DNA of 64,000 nucleotides from Candidatus Yanofskybacteria bacterium RIFCSPHIGHO2_01_FULL_44_24. Lineage in GTDB: Bacteria; Patescibacteriota; Minisyncoccia; 2-02-FULL-40-12; GWA2-44-9. Shown here piece by piece: positions 19,050 to 27,789 of this stretch (its first letter is position 1; the number at the start of each line of letters is the position of its first letter). Location: positions 4,834 to 68,833 of the forward strand of contig MGJK01000012.1 in NCBI GenBank assembly GCA_001794215.1, in the 5' to 3' direction. The translations under genes and the position numbers were made by a program. A model generated the notes under the pieces. It made no database searches and was not told the DNA's origin. It was given only the letters and a program-made list of their open reading frames with translations.

Positions 19050-19177
19050 TCTAATTTCTAATTGATCTAATTATTCTAATCAATTCCCAATTTTTTAAAT
19101 GTCTAAATCCTAAGGTTTTCGTTATTACGATTTATTTAGGTCAATTAGGTTAATTAGTATAATTAGGTTAATTTTTT
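19050..19177 (+). repeat. short direct repeats in intergenic leader (ctaatt x5; aattaggttaatt x2)
   Basis: ctaatttctaattgatctaattattctaatcaatt and tcaattaggttaattagtataattaggttaatt directly upstream of the 19182 ATG. Confidence 0.5.
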
Positions 19178-19181
19178 ACCC

Positions 19182-20993
19182 ATGATTAAAAAAATTGCCC
19201 TCATAACTCCAATAAACGGTGACTGGGCCTACGATAGCTATATGGCTTTGGATGGGCTTATTCAGTTAAAGAAAGAGAAGCCCGATATTGAGTTTTTCAT
19301 TTCCTCAGATCCTTATAGAAAACATCCTTTTCCGGCAATCGAGTATGCTCTACCTAAAAAAGAATTTATCGAATTTGCAAAAAATGCCGATTTAATTTTG
19401 TTGTTCTGGTGCAAGAAGGATACAGATTCTAAATTGGCTGAAGAGATAGGGGAGTGGAACAAAACTGCCTATGTTGACGGTTCGGAATGGGGAATGAATA
19501 AGGGCCGGGACTTTGCGGTTCAGCGCGAGGTATTGTCGGGTGAATACAAAGACTGGGGACGGATAGATGATAAGATGCTCAGCCTGTGCCCTCTCTATTT
19601 CAGGCGAGAAAAGCCTTACATAAAAGGAGTTACTCCTTTGCCCTATGGTATAACTTCCACTTTCACGAAATATTATGAGCCGGCAAAGCCGAAAGATATA
19701 GACTTTTTCTGTGTCTGGGGACAGGACGAGTATCCTTTGACAAGAAGGTACGCCGAAGAGATTTTGGTTGATTTTTGCAAGAAGAACGGCTTCACTTATC
19801 ATGTTGAGAAAACCAAAAATCGCGACGAGTTTTATGAAATATTGTCCCGATCAAAGGTAGGGGTCTCGATAGGCGGCGGGGGATATGATACGGCTCGATT
19901 CTGGGAGATCTTGGGCAATAACTGCCTCCTTTTGACTGAAAGAATCGATATTTTAGAACCGGACAGTAGAGAACTCGACTACGAGAGAATCTATCAGTTC
20001 AATAATTTGTACGATTTTAAGTACCAGCTTGAAAAAGTAGCCAAGTTTTTAAGGGAAGAATATGCCAAAACGGATCTTCTACCGGAATATCAAGAGATTA
20101 TGTCCAAGCACTCGTCCAAGGCCCGGGTCTTAAAATTAATCCAAGAAGCCGAAGTTAAACTCAAAAAAGACGAAGAAAATGGGAAGCTTTGCAGTATAGT
20201 CGTATCTTCATTCGACGGAAATGCCGACATCTGGGACCCCTTCTTTACCCTCTTTTTTAGGTACTGGCCAAACTGCCCTTATCCTGTTTATTTAATAACC
20301 AACCGCAAAGAATACTCAGATAAAAGAGTAATTACGATTAAAGTAGGAGATGACAAGGGTTGGGCCACCAACATTCGTAATGCCCTGAAAGACATATCTA
20401 CGCCGTATGTCATAAACTTGATGGAAGACTTTTTAATAGAAAAACCGGTCAACAATCGATATATTCAATCTCTCGTTGATTACGCGAGCTTAAATAAAAT
20501 AGCCTACATACGCCTATTGCCTAACCCCGGACCTGATAAATATTTTCTAAACGACCTTAGTCTTGGGGAAATAGACAAAAAATCATCTTATAGAACCTCT
20601 CTTCATGCTGCTATTTGGGGTAAGAAAGTCTTCTTGGATTTATTAGTTGACGGAGAGAATCCTTGGAATATGGAACTTGAGGGATCGAAGCGATCGCAAG
20701 CTATAACCGAGCCGTTTCTCAGTGTTAAGGAGGCTGTACTCTACTATTATCATCGCACGGGGGTTATAAGGGGAAAGTGGATGTATGATGCGGTAAGGCT
20801 CTGCAAGCGAGAAGGCATTAAAGTTGATCTTAAGAAAAGAAGAATAGACTACGGCTGGAAAATTAATTCGATGTTCGATCAGATCAGGAAACATCCTTTG
20901 TTAAAAAGAGTTGGATCTATTCCCGCTCTGGGCTGGATTATCAAGAAAACATCGCGATCTCTTGTTGGTTTGATCAGTAATCGCGGATCCTAA
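19182..20993 (+). CDS. hypothetical two-domain protein (possible glycosyltransferase-like; unassigned)
   Basis: 603-aa ORF with coding-like composition in a glycan locus. No confidently recognised motif. Confidence 0.4.
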   Translation: MIKKIALITPINGDWAYDSYMALDGLIQLKKEKPDIEFFISSDPYRKHPFPAIEYALPKKEFIEFAKNADLILLFWCKKDTDSKLAEEIGEWNKTAYVDGSEWGMNKGRDFAVQREVLSGEYKDWGRIDDKMLSLCPLYFRREKPYIKGVTPLPYGITSTFTKYYEPAKPKDIDFFCVWGQDEYPLTRRYAEEILVDFCKKNGFTYHVEKTKNRDEFYEILSRSKVGVSIGGGGYDTARFWEILGNNCLLLTERIDILEPDSRELDYERIYQFNNLYDFKYQLEKVAKFLREEYAKTDLLPEYQEIMSKHSSKARVLKLIQEAEVKLKKDEENGKLCSIVVSSFDGNADIWDPFFTLFFRYWPNCPYPVYLITNRKEYSDKRVITIKVGDDKGWATNIRNALKDISTPYVINLMEDFLIEKPVNNRYIQSLVDYASLNKIAYIRLLPNPGPDKYFLNDLSLGEIDKKSSYRTSLHAAIWGKKVFLDLLVDGENPWNMELEGSKRSQAITEPFLSVKEAVLYYYHRTGVIRGKWMYDAVRLCKREGIKVDLKKRRIDYGWKINSMFDQIRKHPLLKRVGSIPALGWIIKKTSRSLVGLISNRGS

Positions 20994-21098
20994 AGGTTGA
21001 GGTTGTTATATCCTCAAATTGTGGTACCATATGGCCTGAATGGTGTCCTTTTACAATAAGGAGCGGAGTTGCTGATCAAAAAGAAACGCAACATCTAT

Positions 21099-23027
21099 AT
21101 GTCTCAGGTTAATTATCGATATGGAGATAACGCATTTTTACCATACTCAGTGGCCGTGCTACAGGCTTATGCTCAGGCTGAAAGCGAAATAAGAAATAGT
21201 TTTACATTCAAAGAGCTCATATTCCTTAGAGAGGATCCGGATCAGGTTGCTCGCAGAATGGAGAGCCCGTCTATATTAGCCCTCTCGTGCTATATGTGGA
21301 ATTGGGAATGGCAGAAACTGTTAGCCCAAGCAGTAAAAGCTTATTACCCCGACTGCTTAGTTATTATGGGCGGGATTCATATTCCGGAAAAATCTGATGG
21401 GTTTTTTCGAGAGTATCCCTATGTGGATCTGATTATCCACGGAGAGGGCGAGGTAACCTTTACCGCCGTTCTTCTTGCTTTTCTTTCCGGTGGAGGGTTC
21501 GAGTCCATGCCGGGAGTTAGTATCAGAAGGCCTGACAATTCGACCCTTAAAACATCTCTGCCGAATCGTATAAGCGATTTATCTAAATTGCCGTCACCTT
21601 ATTTGACCGGAGTCTTTGACTCGATTATAGATTTGCCGTTTCTCTGGAATGCCAGCCAAGAAACAAATCGTGGTTGTCCGTATCCATGCACCTTCTGTGC
21701 CTGGGGTCCGGCATATCAGCAAAAAGTTTGGCAGTTTAGCGAAGACCGAATAATTGAAGAATTAGAATGGTTCGGCCGGCATAGGATCGAATATATCTTC
21801 AATTGCGACGCCAATTGGGGAATTTTTGAAAGAGATTTGGAATTGACGCGAAAAATGGCTGAAATTAAAGCCAGATACCAAGGATATCCCAAGAAATTCA
21901 GGATGTGTACTGCTAAAAACAGCAATGATCGGGTTTTCGATATCAGCAGAATTCTTGATCGGGCCGGAATGAACAAGGGAGCGACGCTCAGTTTTCAAAG
22001 TATGAATGATACGGTCTTAGAGGCTGTTAAGCGCAGGAATATTAAGATCAAAGATTTTACCTCATACATGCGCCAGTATCGCGAGGCCAAGATAGCCACA
22101 TATACCGAGTTGATCATGGGATTGCCATGTGAGACATATACAACCTTCAAAGAGGGAATTGATAAGCTTATAAATGCCGGACAGCATAACGGTTTGAATA
22201 ACTATGTTTGCCTGATGCTTCCAAATGATGAGATGAGTGATCCGGATTATGTCCGTAAGCATCGGTTGGGGTGGGTGAAGATGCCTATTCTTCTTGCCCA
22301 CAGTACTCCAGGGTCGGATCCGGTCCAAGAGTATCAGGACGTTGTTGTCTCGACTAACTCCATGCCCGTAGAGGATTGGGAAAGAATTTTTATTTTCTCT
22401 TGGGCAGTGCAGTCATTTCACTGTCTCGGCCTGACTCAAACCATGGCTCTATTCTTAAGGAAACAATTTGGTGTTCAGTACAGTGTTTTTTACGAAAAGT
22501 TAATTGATTACTTTTCAAGTCGTCCTGAAACCCTTTTGGGTCAACAGCTTGTAAGAGTGTCCGATATAGTTTCCGGATCGATTCAGGGCGGAAGATTAGA
22601 TATGGTTATGCCTAAATTTGGCGAGATCTACTGGCCGCTAGAAGAGGCAGCTTTCCTCAATTGTGTTACTGACAAGGAAACATTCTATCGGGAATTGGCT
22701 GGGTTTGTAGATGATCTTTTAGGTCAATCCGGACGATCTGTCGATCGGACTTTACTGAGCAATCTCCTTTCTTATCAGAGGGCTCTTGTCGTGGATCCTT
22801 ATTCAGATGGCGAGTTTAGCGTTAATTTAGAATATGATCTTCATGACTACTTTGCCAAGGCTTACTTAGACGAAGAAGGCAAGCTGGCCTTAGCATCTAA
22901 TCGACTGGTCGTAAAACCATCAGTAGTTTTTAAAGGAGATTTAGTTTCTTATGCCCGAGAGATTGTCTGGTATGGTCGCAAGGGCGGTAAATTCTATCAT
23001 TCGGATGTTGAGGTCGCTCGCTTATAG
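21099..23027 (+). CDS. B12-binding domain radical SAM protein (class B radical SAM)
   Basis: Radical SAM cysteine motif NRGCPYPCTFCAWG (CxxxCxxC) preceded by an N-terminal cobalamin-binding-like domain (DCLVIMGGIHIP). The ORF finder used TTG at 21069; the ATG (MSQVNYRYG) is at 21099. Confidence 0.75.
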   Translation: MSQVNYRYGDNAFLPYSVAVLQAYAQAESEIRNSFTFKELIFLREDPDQVARRMESPSILALSCYMWNWEWQKLLAQAVKAYYPDCLVIMGGIHIPEKSDGFFREYPYVDLIIHGEGEVTFTAVLLAFLSGGGFESMPGVSIRRPDNSTLKTSLPNRISDLSKLPSPYLTGVFDSIIDLPFLWNASQETNRGCPYPCTFCAWGPAYQQKVWQFSEDRIIEELEWFGRHRIEYIFNCDANWGIFERDLELTRKMAEIKARYQGYPKKFRMCTAKNSNDRVFDISRILDRAGMNKGATLSFQSMNDTVLEAVKRRNIKIKDFTSYMRQYREAKIATYTELIMGLPCETYTTFKEGIDKLINAGQHNGLNNYVCLMLPNDEMSDPDYVRKHRLGWVKMPILLAHSTPGSDPVQEYQDVVVSTNSMPVEDWERIFIFSWAVQSFHCLGLTQTMALFLRKQFGVQYSVFYEKLIDYFSSRPETLLGQQLVRVSDIVSGSIQGGRLDMVMPKFGEIYWPLEEAAFLNCVTDKETFYRELAGFVDDLLGQSGRSVDRTLLSNLLSYQRALVVDPYSDGEFSVNLEYDLHDYFAKAYLDEEGKLALASNRLVVKPSVVFKGDLVSYAREIVWYGRKGGKFYHSDVEVARL

Positions 23028-23052
23028 AAAGAACCATGGATATACCATGGTT

Positions 23053-24021
23053 TTATTTTTTAATTTGTTCTCTATTCTTAAAGTCATAATAAAGTTTCAG
23101 CCAGTCCAGGAAAAAAATAGAAGGATATTTTTTGTTTTGAAAACGTAACGAGCGGTATTCAAGATGTCTTTGATGTTTACGCCAGTATAAATCTAAATGC
23201 GAAGGGTCGATAATTATGCAATATCTGGCAAAATCTTCTAAGGTATCTTCCATCGTAAATTTAACTTCCCGGCCGATTGTTTTTAGAAAAGTTGTAAAAA
23301 GATGGTTCTCGGGGCCTCCGAAGGAAAGAGGTTTTGTTAGCAGGTCAATTCGCCAATAAGCAGTCATATCTTTAATATGACCGAAGAGGAACTCATCGGA
23401 TAAGTGGTATAACTGAGATCCTAAAGCCTCTGTCCCCAGAGCTATTATGCGGTTTTTTAAAAAAATATTTTGTTCTTGAGAATTTTCCGGGGGGTAGAAT
23501 CTTGTTAGGTTATGCAAATGATCAATGATTTTTGGAGCATATATGCGCTGGTCATTTCGAGTGTTAAGTATGTATTCCACGCCTAATTCCGCTGCTTTTT
23601 CTATTCCTGCAATCGTAGTCGTAATTTGAAAATTAAGATGGAAAGGCCCGGCTATCGAGGGTTTTCTAACGAGGACAACTTCGGCACCTGCTTGGTAAAT
23701 TTTCTCGAGATAAGCCGGCTCCTCGTCATTCCAGGTGGATACCACAATAGGTACTTGAGGGTGAAGCTTTTTGTAGGTTCTTACGGTTTCAAGGGTAAAA
23801 TCATTGGGCTTAATAATTTCTCCCCTTATCAATATTGCCGTTTTGGGATTGACGACAGCGATGCCCATATTAGCTTTTACTTCTGAAGCTTTGACTGGTC
23901 TAATCCGGATGGTTATAAATTTACCCCTTGAATTCTCAATGAAATGCAAAATAGACACTGCGAGCTTTTTTATATAAAAAACTAATTTAATTCTGTATTT
24001 AGTTGGCGTTAAATAACTCAT
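23053..24021 (-). CDS. conserved polysaccharide-locus protein of unknown function (paralog of 39653..40615)
   Basis: 322 aa, about half identical by eye to the 320-aa protein at 39653 (shared NDFTLETVR.YKKLHP...VSTWNDE.PAYL.KI, TIAGI..A.LG.EY.L.TRNDQR.Y, YFPPENSQ, IIDP...DLY). Possibly WavE-like, but not confirmed. Confidence 0.5.
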   Translation of the reverse strand: MSYLTPTKYRIKLVFYIKKLAVSILHFIENSRGKFITIRIRPVKASEVKANMGIAVVNPKTAILIRGEIIKPNDFTLETVRTYKKLHPQVPIVVSTWNDEEPAYLEKIYQAGAEVVLVRKPSIAGPFHLNFQITTTIAGIEKAAELGVEYILNTRNDQRIYAPKIIDHLHNLTRFYPPENSQEQNIFLKNRIIALGTEALGSQLYHLSDEFLFGHIKDMTAYWRIDLLTKPLSFGGPENHLFTTFLKTIGREVKFTMEDTLEDFARYCIIIDPSHLDLYWRKHQRHLEYRSLRFQNKKYPSIFFLDWLKLYYDFKNREQIKK

Positions 24022-24142
24022 TTGGCGGAGTATCTTGGCAAGTATTATTCATTAAGATATCAATATTTTCGTATCTTAGCAATATTAAAAAAACTGGAGA
24101 ACGGTTGACCATCCGCTAAAGTATAGATAGAATAAAACTGCC

Positions 24143-24589
24143 ATGGTTTTAATATCGCATCGGGGCAATATTAGCGGTGAAAATCCGGAAAGGGAGAACA
24201 GTCCCGGGTATATTATAGAGGTTTTGACCCGAGGCTATAATGCCGAAATTGATGTAAGGCTTATTGATGGTATTTTTTGGCTTGGTCACGATGCTCCCCG
24301 ATATCAAATAGAGGAGAGCTTTTTGGAAAATGACAAATTGTGGTGTCATGCGAAGAACTTCGCGGCATTGGCAAAAATGCAGCAAAATAAAAAAATACAT
24401 TTTTTTTGGAATCAGGAAGACAATTTTGCCCTGACTTCAAAGGGGTTTATCTGGACATATAAAAGCAAAGAAATTTGTCCCGTGTCTGTGCTGGTTAAAC
24501 CGGAAGTACTGGGGATAACCGATAAAAAAAAGTTGCCGGATTGCTATGGCATTTGCTCTGATTTCGTAGCCAACTTTAATGAAATATAA
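24143..24589 (+). CDS. short glycerophosphodiester-phosphodiesterase-like protein
   Basis: VLISHRGN (HRG motif) and AEIDVRLIDGIFWLGHDAP (E-x-D-V...DG...HD motif) of the GDPD fold. Only 148 aa, so truncated relative to canonical GDPDs. Confidence 0.45.
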   Translation: MVLISHRGNISGENPERENSPGYIIEVLTRGYNAEIDVRLIDGIFWLGHDAPRYQIEESFLENDKLWCHAKNFAALAKMQQNKKIHFFWNQEDNFALTSKGFIWTYKSKEICPVSVLVKPEVLGITDKKKLPDCYGICSDFVANFNEI

Positions 24590-25190
24590 AGCTATAATTT
24601 TTGATTTGGATGGCGTATTGGTCAATATGCCTGCCGCTCACTTTGAGGCGCTAAACTGCGCTTTGAGTTTGTTTGGAGTTGCCATTGAGAAGGACGAGCA
24701 TTATAATTTTTTCAACGGGCTTCCTACCAGAAAAAAACTCGAAGAACTTGAGCGGAAGAACCGTCTTCCTGTTGGTTTACGTGAGTTTATTAACAGGATT
24801 AAGCAGAATTACACAAAAGATCTCATTCCGTCATATTGTGTTCCCGATTATTCGAAAATCATTCTTTTACGGTACCTCAAGGGACAGAATTATAAATTGG
24901 CATGCTGCTCAAATTCAATCAGTGAAACCCTCCACCTAATGTTAAAATCCGCCCATTTATTCGATTATTTTGATCTGATCCTGGGAAACGACGAGGTTAC
25001 CAACCCTAAACCGGATCCCGAAATTTATTTAACTGCCTTCAGGCGCTTGCAGGTTAAGCCAAGCGAATGTATTATTGTGGAGGATGCCCCTCATGGCATT
25101 GCGGCCGCAAAAGCCAGCGGGGCCAAGGTTCTTCAGGTTAGAAATACCGAAGACGTAAACTTATCTTTATTTTACAGCGAAGGCATTTAG
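24579..25190 (+). CDS. HAD-superfamily hydrolase (beta-phosphoglucomutase-like phosphatase)
   Basis: AIIFDLDGVLV motif I and a C-terminal IVEDAPHGIAAAKASG motif IV region. Confidence 0.75.
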   Translation: MKYKAIIFDLDGVLVNMPAAHFEALNCALSLFGVAIEKDEHYNFFNGLPTRKKLEELERKNRLPVGLREFINRIKQNYTKDLIPSYCVPDYSKIILLRYLKGQNYKLACCSNSISETLHLMLKSAHLFDYFDLILGNDEVTNPKPDPEIYLTAFRRLQVKPSECIIVEDAPHGIAAAKASGAKVLQVRNTEDVNLSLFYSEGI

Positions 25191-25213
25191 TTGCTCTAAG
25201 CTATCTATAGTTT

Positions 25214-25957
25214 ATGCTTAATATTGTTATTCCAATGGCCGGCAAGGGCTCAAGATTTCAGGAGGCAGGTTTTGTGTTTCCAAAACCGCTTATTGATGTG
25301 AAGGGGAAGGCCATGATAGAGCTGGTTGCAAGCAACCTCCGTCCCAGGTGTGCACACCGATTCATATTTATCTGCCAGAGAGAGCATGCAGAAAAATACG
25401 ACCTCCATAATATTTTAAAAAGTGCGACAAAAAATAAATTCGAGATTGTTCAGCTTGGAGGGATGACTCAAGGCGCTGCCTGCACGGTCTTAACCGCTGC
25501 GCAATATATCGATAACGATGATGATCTATTGATCGCCAACTCGGATCAGTTTATTGATTATGATATCAATGATTTTATCAATCGAGGACGCGCTAAGGGT
25601 GATGGATTAATCCTGACTTTTAAATCAAGTCATCCAAAATGGAGTTATGCGCGAGTCGACAGGGCAAGCAGGGTGGCGGAAGTTGCGGAAAAAAAAGTAA
25701 TCTCCGACAGGGCTACCGTGGGGATATATTATTTTAAGCACGGAAAACATTTTGTTGCCGCTGCCCAGGAGATGATTGCGAAAAATATAAGGTACAACAA
25801 TGAATTTTATGTATGCCCGGTTTTTAACGAGCTGATTTTAGGAGGGAAGCAAGTATTTACCAGGAATATATCTGTCGAAAAAATGCATGGCCTTGGTACG
25901 CCGGAAGATCTCAACGCATTTCTCCGCAAGCTGGATAGCGGTATCGTAAAAGTATAA
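25214..25957 (+). CDS. sugar-phosphate nucleotidyltransferase (LicC/IspD-like GT-A fold)
   Basis: N-term IVIPMAGKGSRFQEAGFVFPKPLIDVKGKAMIE (G-x-G-x-R nucleotide-binding motif). Confidence 0.65.
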   Translation: MLNIVIPMAGKGSRFQEAGFVFPKPLIDVKGKAMIELVASNLRPRCAHRFIFICQREHAEKYDLHNILKSATKNKFEIVQLGGMTQGAACTVLTAAQYIDNDDDLLIANSDQFIDYDINDFINRGRAKGDGLILTFKSSHPKWSYARVDRASRVAEVAEKKVISDRATVGIYYFKHGKHFVAAAQEMIAKNIRYNNEFYVCPVFNELILGGKQVFTRNISVEKMHGLGTPEDLNAFLRKLDSGIVKV

Positions 25958-25966
25958 TATTATGAA

Positions 25967-27781
25967 TTACGATGCCGGCGGCAAATCTGCGTAAGCGTTT
26001 ACGTTTTTATGCATTCTATAAAAATATGAATTCTGGTCGGCCAGTAAATCTCTTGGCGACCCTTCTTCTATCACTCTTCCCTGATTAACAACAATAAGCT
26101 TGTCGGAGTTTGTTATTGTCGAAAGTCGATGAGCTATTATTACTATGGTGATCTTGCCTCGTAATTGACTGATAGCATTTTGGATGAGGGCCTCCGATTC
26201 ATTGTCTATGGCGCTTGTAGCCTCATCCAAAATCAGTATTTTGGGTTTTCTTGCCAGCGCCCTAGCTAAAGATATTCTTTGTCTCTGTCCTCCGGAAAGC
26301 TTCAGACCCCTCTCTCCAACCAAAGTTTCAAATTTATCCGGCAAATTCTGGATTGTTTCATAAATGTCAGACATTTGGGCGGCTTCTACAACGTCGCGCC
26401 TGGACATTGAGTCATCGTAAAATTTTATATTATTCTCAATGGTATCATTTAGGAGAAACGTATCTTGGGGGACATAGCCTATGTTTCTTCTCCATTCTGT
26501 TAAGTTGACGGTAGAAATATTTTTATCATCCATCATAATTTCGCCTGCTCCCGGAATAAAAAGACGAAGAATCAGATCAACAAACGTGGTTTTTCCGGTT
26601 CCGGAGGGCCCGACAATACCAGTTATCTCCCCCCTCTGTATAGAACAGGAGATATCTGATAGTATTTTCTTTTGCGCATCATATGCAAAGCTAACATGAT
26701 TAAATTTTAATGCATGTTTGAAATCAAATCTCTCCCCATTTTCGTATATCTCCCTGTTGTTGCTTGTGACTTTTCGGTGTTCTATGACTAACTCAAGGAA
26801 AGGGAGCTGGGTGTTAATGCTCTGAATTTGACCCTGGGCGGATTCTAAAAAATTAAACATGCGTTGAATAAGATAAACTACGACTGTGAACGAAGCGATG
26901 CTGAAACCGGGCCTATGGTACGAAAACATAAATAAGAATGCCATGAATATCAGTCCGAGCGGCTCAAAAAGGGCATTGGCAAAAATTCCGTAGGTTAATG
27001 CCTTTGTTCTCGCATTCATTAATTCCTGAAAATAGTGACGGCCCCTCTCGATCACCTTATCTTCAGAAGATGTAGTCTTGATTATTTTAGCCCCGATCAT
27101 ACTTTCGCCTATATGGTGGCTTGCTATTTTATAAACATCGGCGATCCTTTTCGAAAGCTGACGCGTTCTAAAAAGTAACGGTTTAAGGCCGACAAAGATT
27201 AAGGCACCAGCAAGTATCGATAGTATCGTGATCGAAGCCGATACATTGAAGGCCACCAGACCGTACATGATAAAGCTTGTCATCGCGATCACAAAGGAAG
27301 TGAGAAGGTTCAGGATTCCTGCGCTTTGGCCCGTATCGCTTAAGATCAATCTTTCCAGATGGCCGATTTTTTGATTGATCAAGTATGGCCAAACGGCCCG
27401 AATGGTGTCTTCGAGTAAGATAGTCCTCGTTTCTTCTTCGTATTTTGCGGTCATTCTCTCATTCGTAAACTTAATCATAAATAACGTTATAGCTTTTAAA
27501 ATAAAAAGCGTGACTATGAGCATTAAAAGAAATGGCAGTGTAAGCGGAATGTGGAGAAAATTTAATAAATGCGCGACGATTTTATTTATAAAATCAGTTC
27601 CCTCGATTGTCTGATTTGTAAGCAGTGAAAAAATCGGGATTATGACGCTGATTCCCAAACTACCCAATAGTCCGGTTACAAAACCCAAGACTATCATGGT
27701 TGCAAACGCAATTTTGTATTGCCTGAAGGACTCCCTGATCAGTCCAGCGGCGCGTCCTATTTTATTGAGGTTTATGATCAT
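25967..27781 (-). CDS. ABC exporter, fused permease/ATP-binding protein (MsbA-like)
   Basis: Six-TM N-domain plus NBD with Walker A GPSGTGKTT, signature LSGGQRQRISLARAL and Walker B ILILDEATSAID. Confidence 0.85.
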   Translation of the reverse strand: MIINLNKIGRAAGLIRESFRQYKIAFATMIVLGFVTGLLGSLGISVIIPIFSLLTNQTIEGTDFINKIVAHLLNFLHIPLTLPFLLMLIVTLFILKAITLFMIKFTNERMTAKYEEETRTILLEDTIRAVWPYLINQKIGHLERLILSDTGQSAGILNLLTSFVIAMTSFIMYGLVAFNVSASITILSILAGALIFVGLKPLLFRTRQLSKRIADVYKIASHHIGESMIGAKIIKTTSSEDKVIERGRHYFQELMNARTKALTYGIFANALFEPLGLIFMAFLFMFSYHRPGFSIASFTVVVYLIQRMFNFLESAQGQIQSINTQLPFLELVIEHRKVTSNNREIYENGERFDFKHALKFNHVSFAYDAQKKILSDISCSIQRGEITGIVGPSGTGKTTFVDLILRLFIPGAGEIMMDDKNISTVNLTEWRRNIGYVPQDTFLLNDTIENNIKFYDDSMSRRDVVEAAQMSDIYETIQNLPDKFETLVGERGLKLSGGQRQRISLARALARKPKILILDEATSAIDNESEALIQNAISQLRGKITIVIIAHRLSTITNSDKLIVVNQGRVIEEGSPRDLLADQNSYFYRMHKNVNAYADLPPAS

Positions 27782-27789
27782 TTTCGAGG

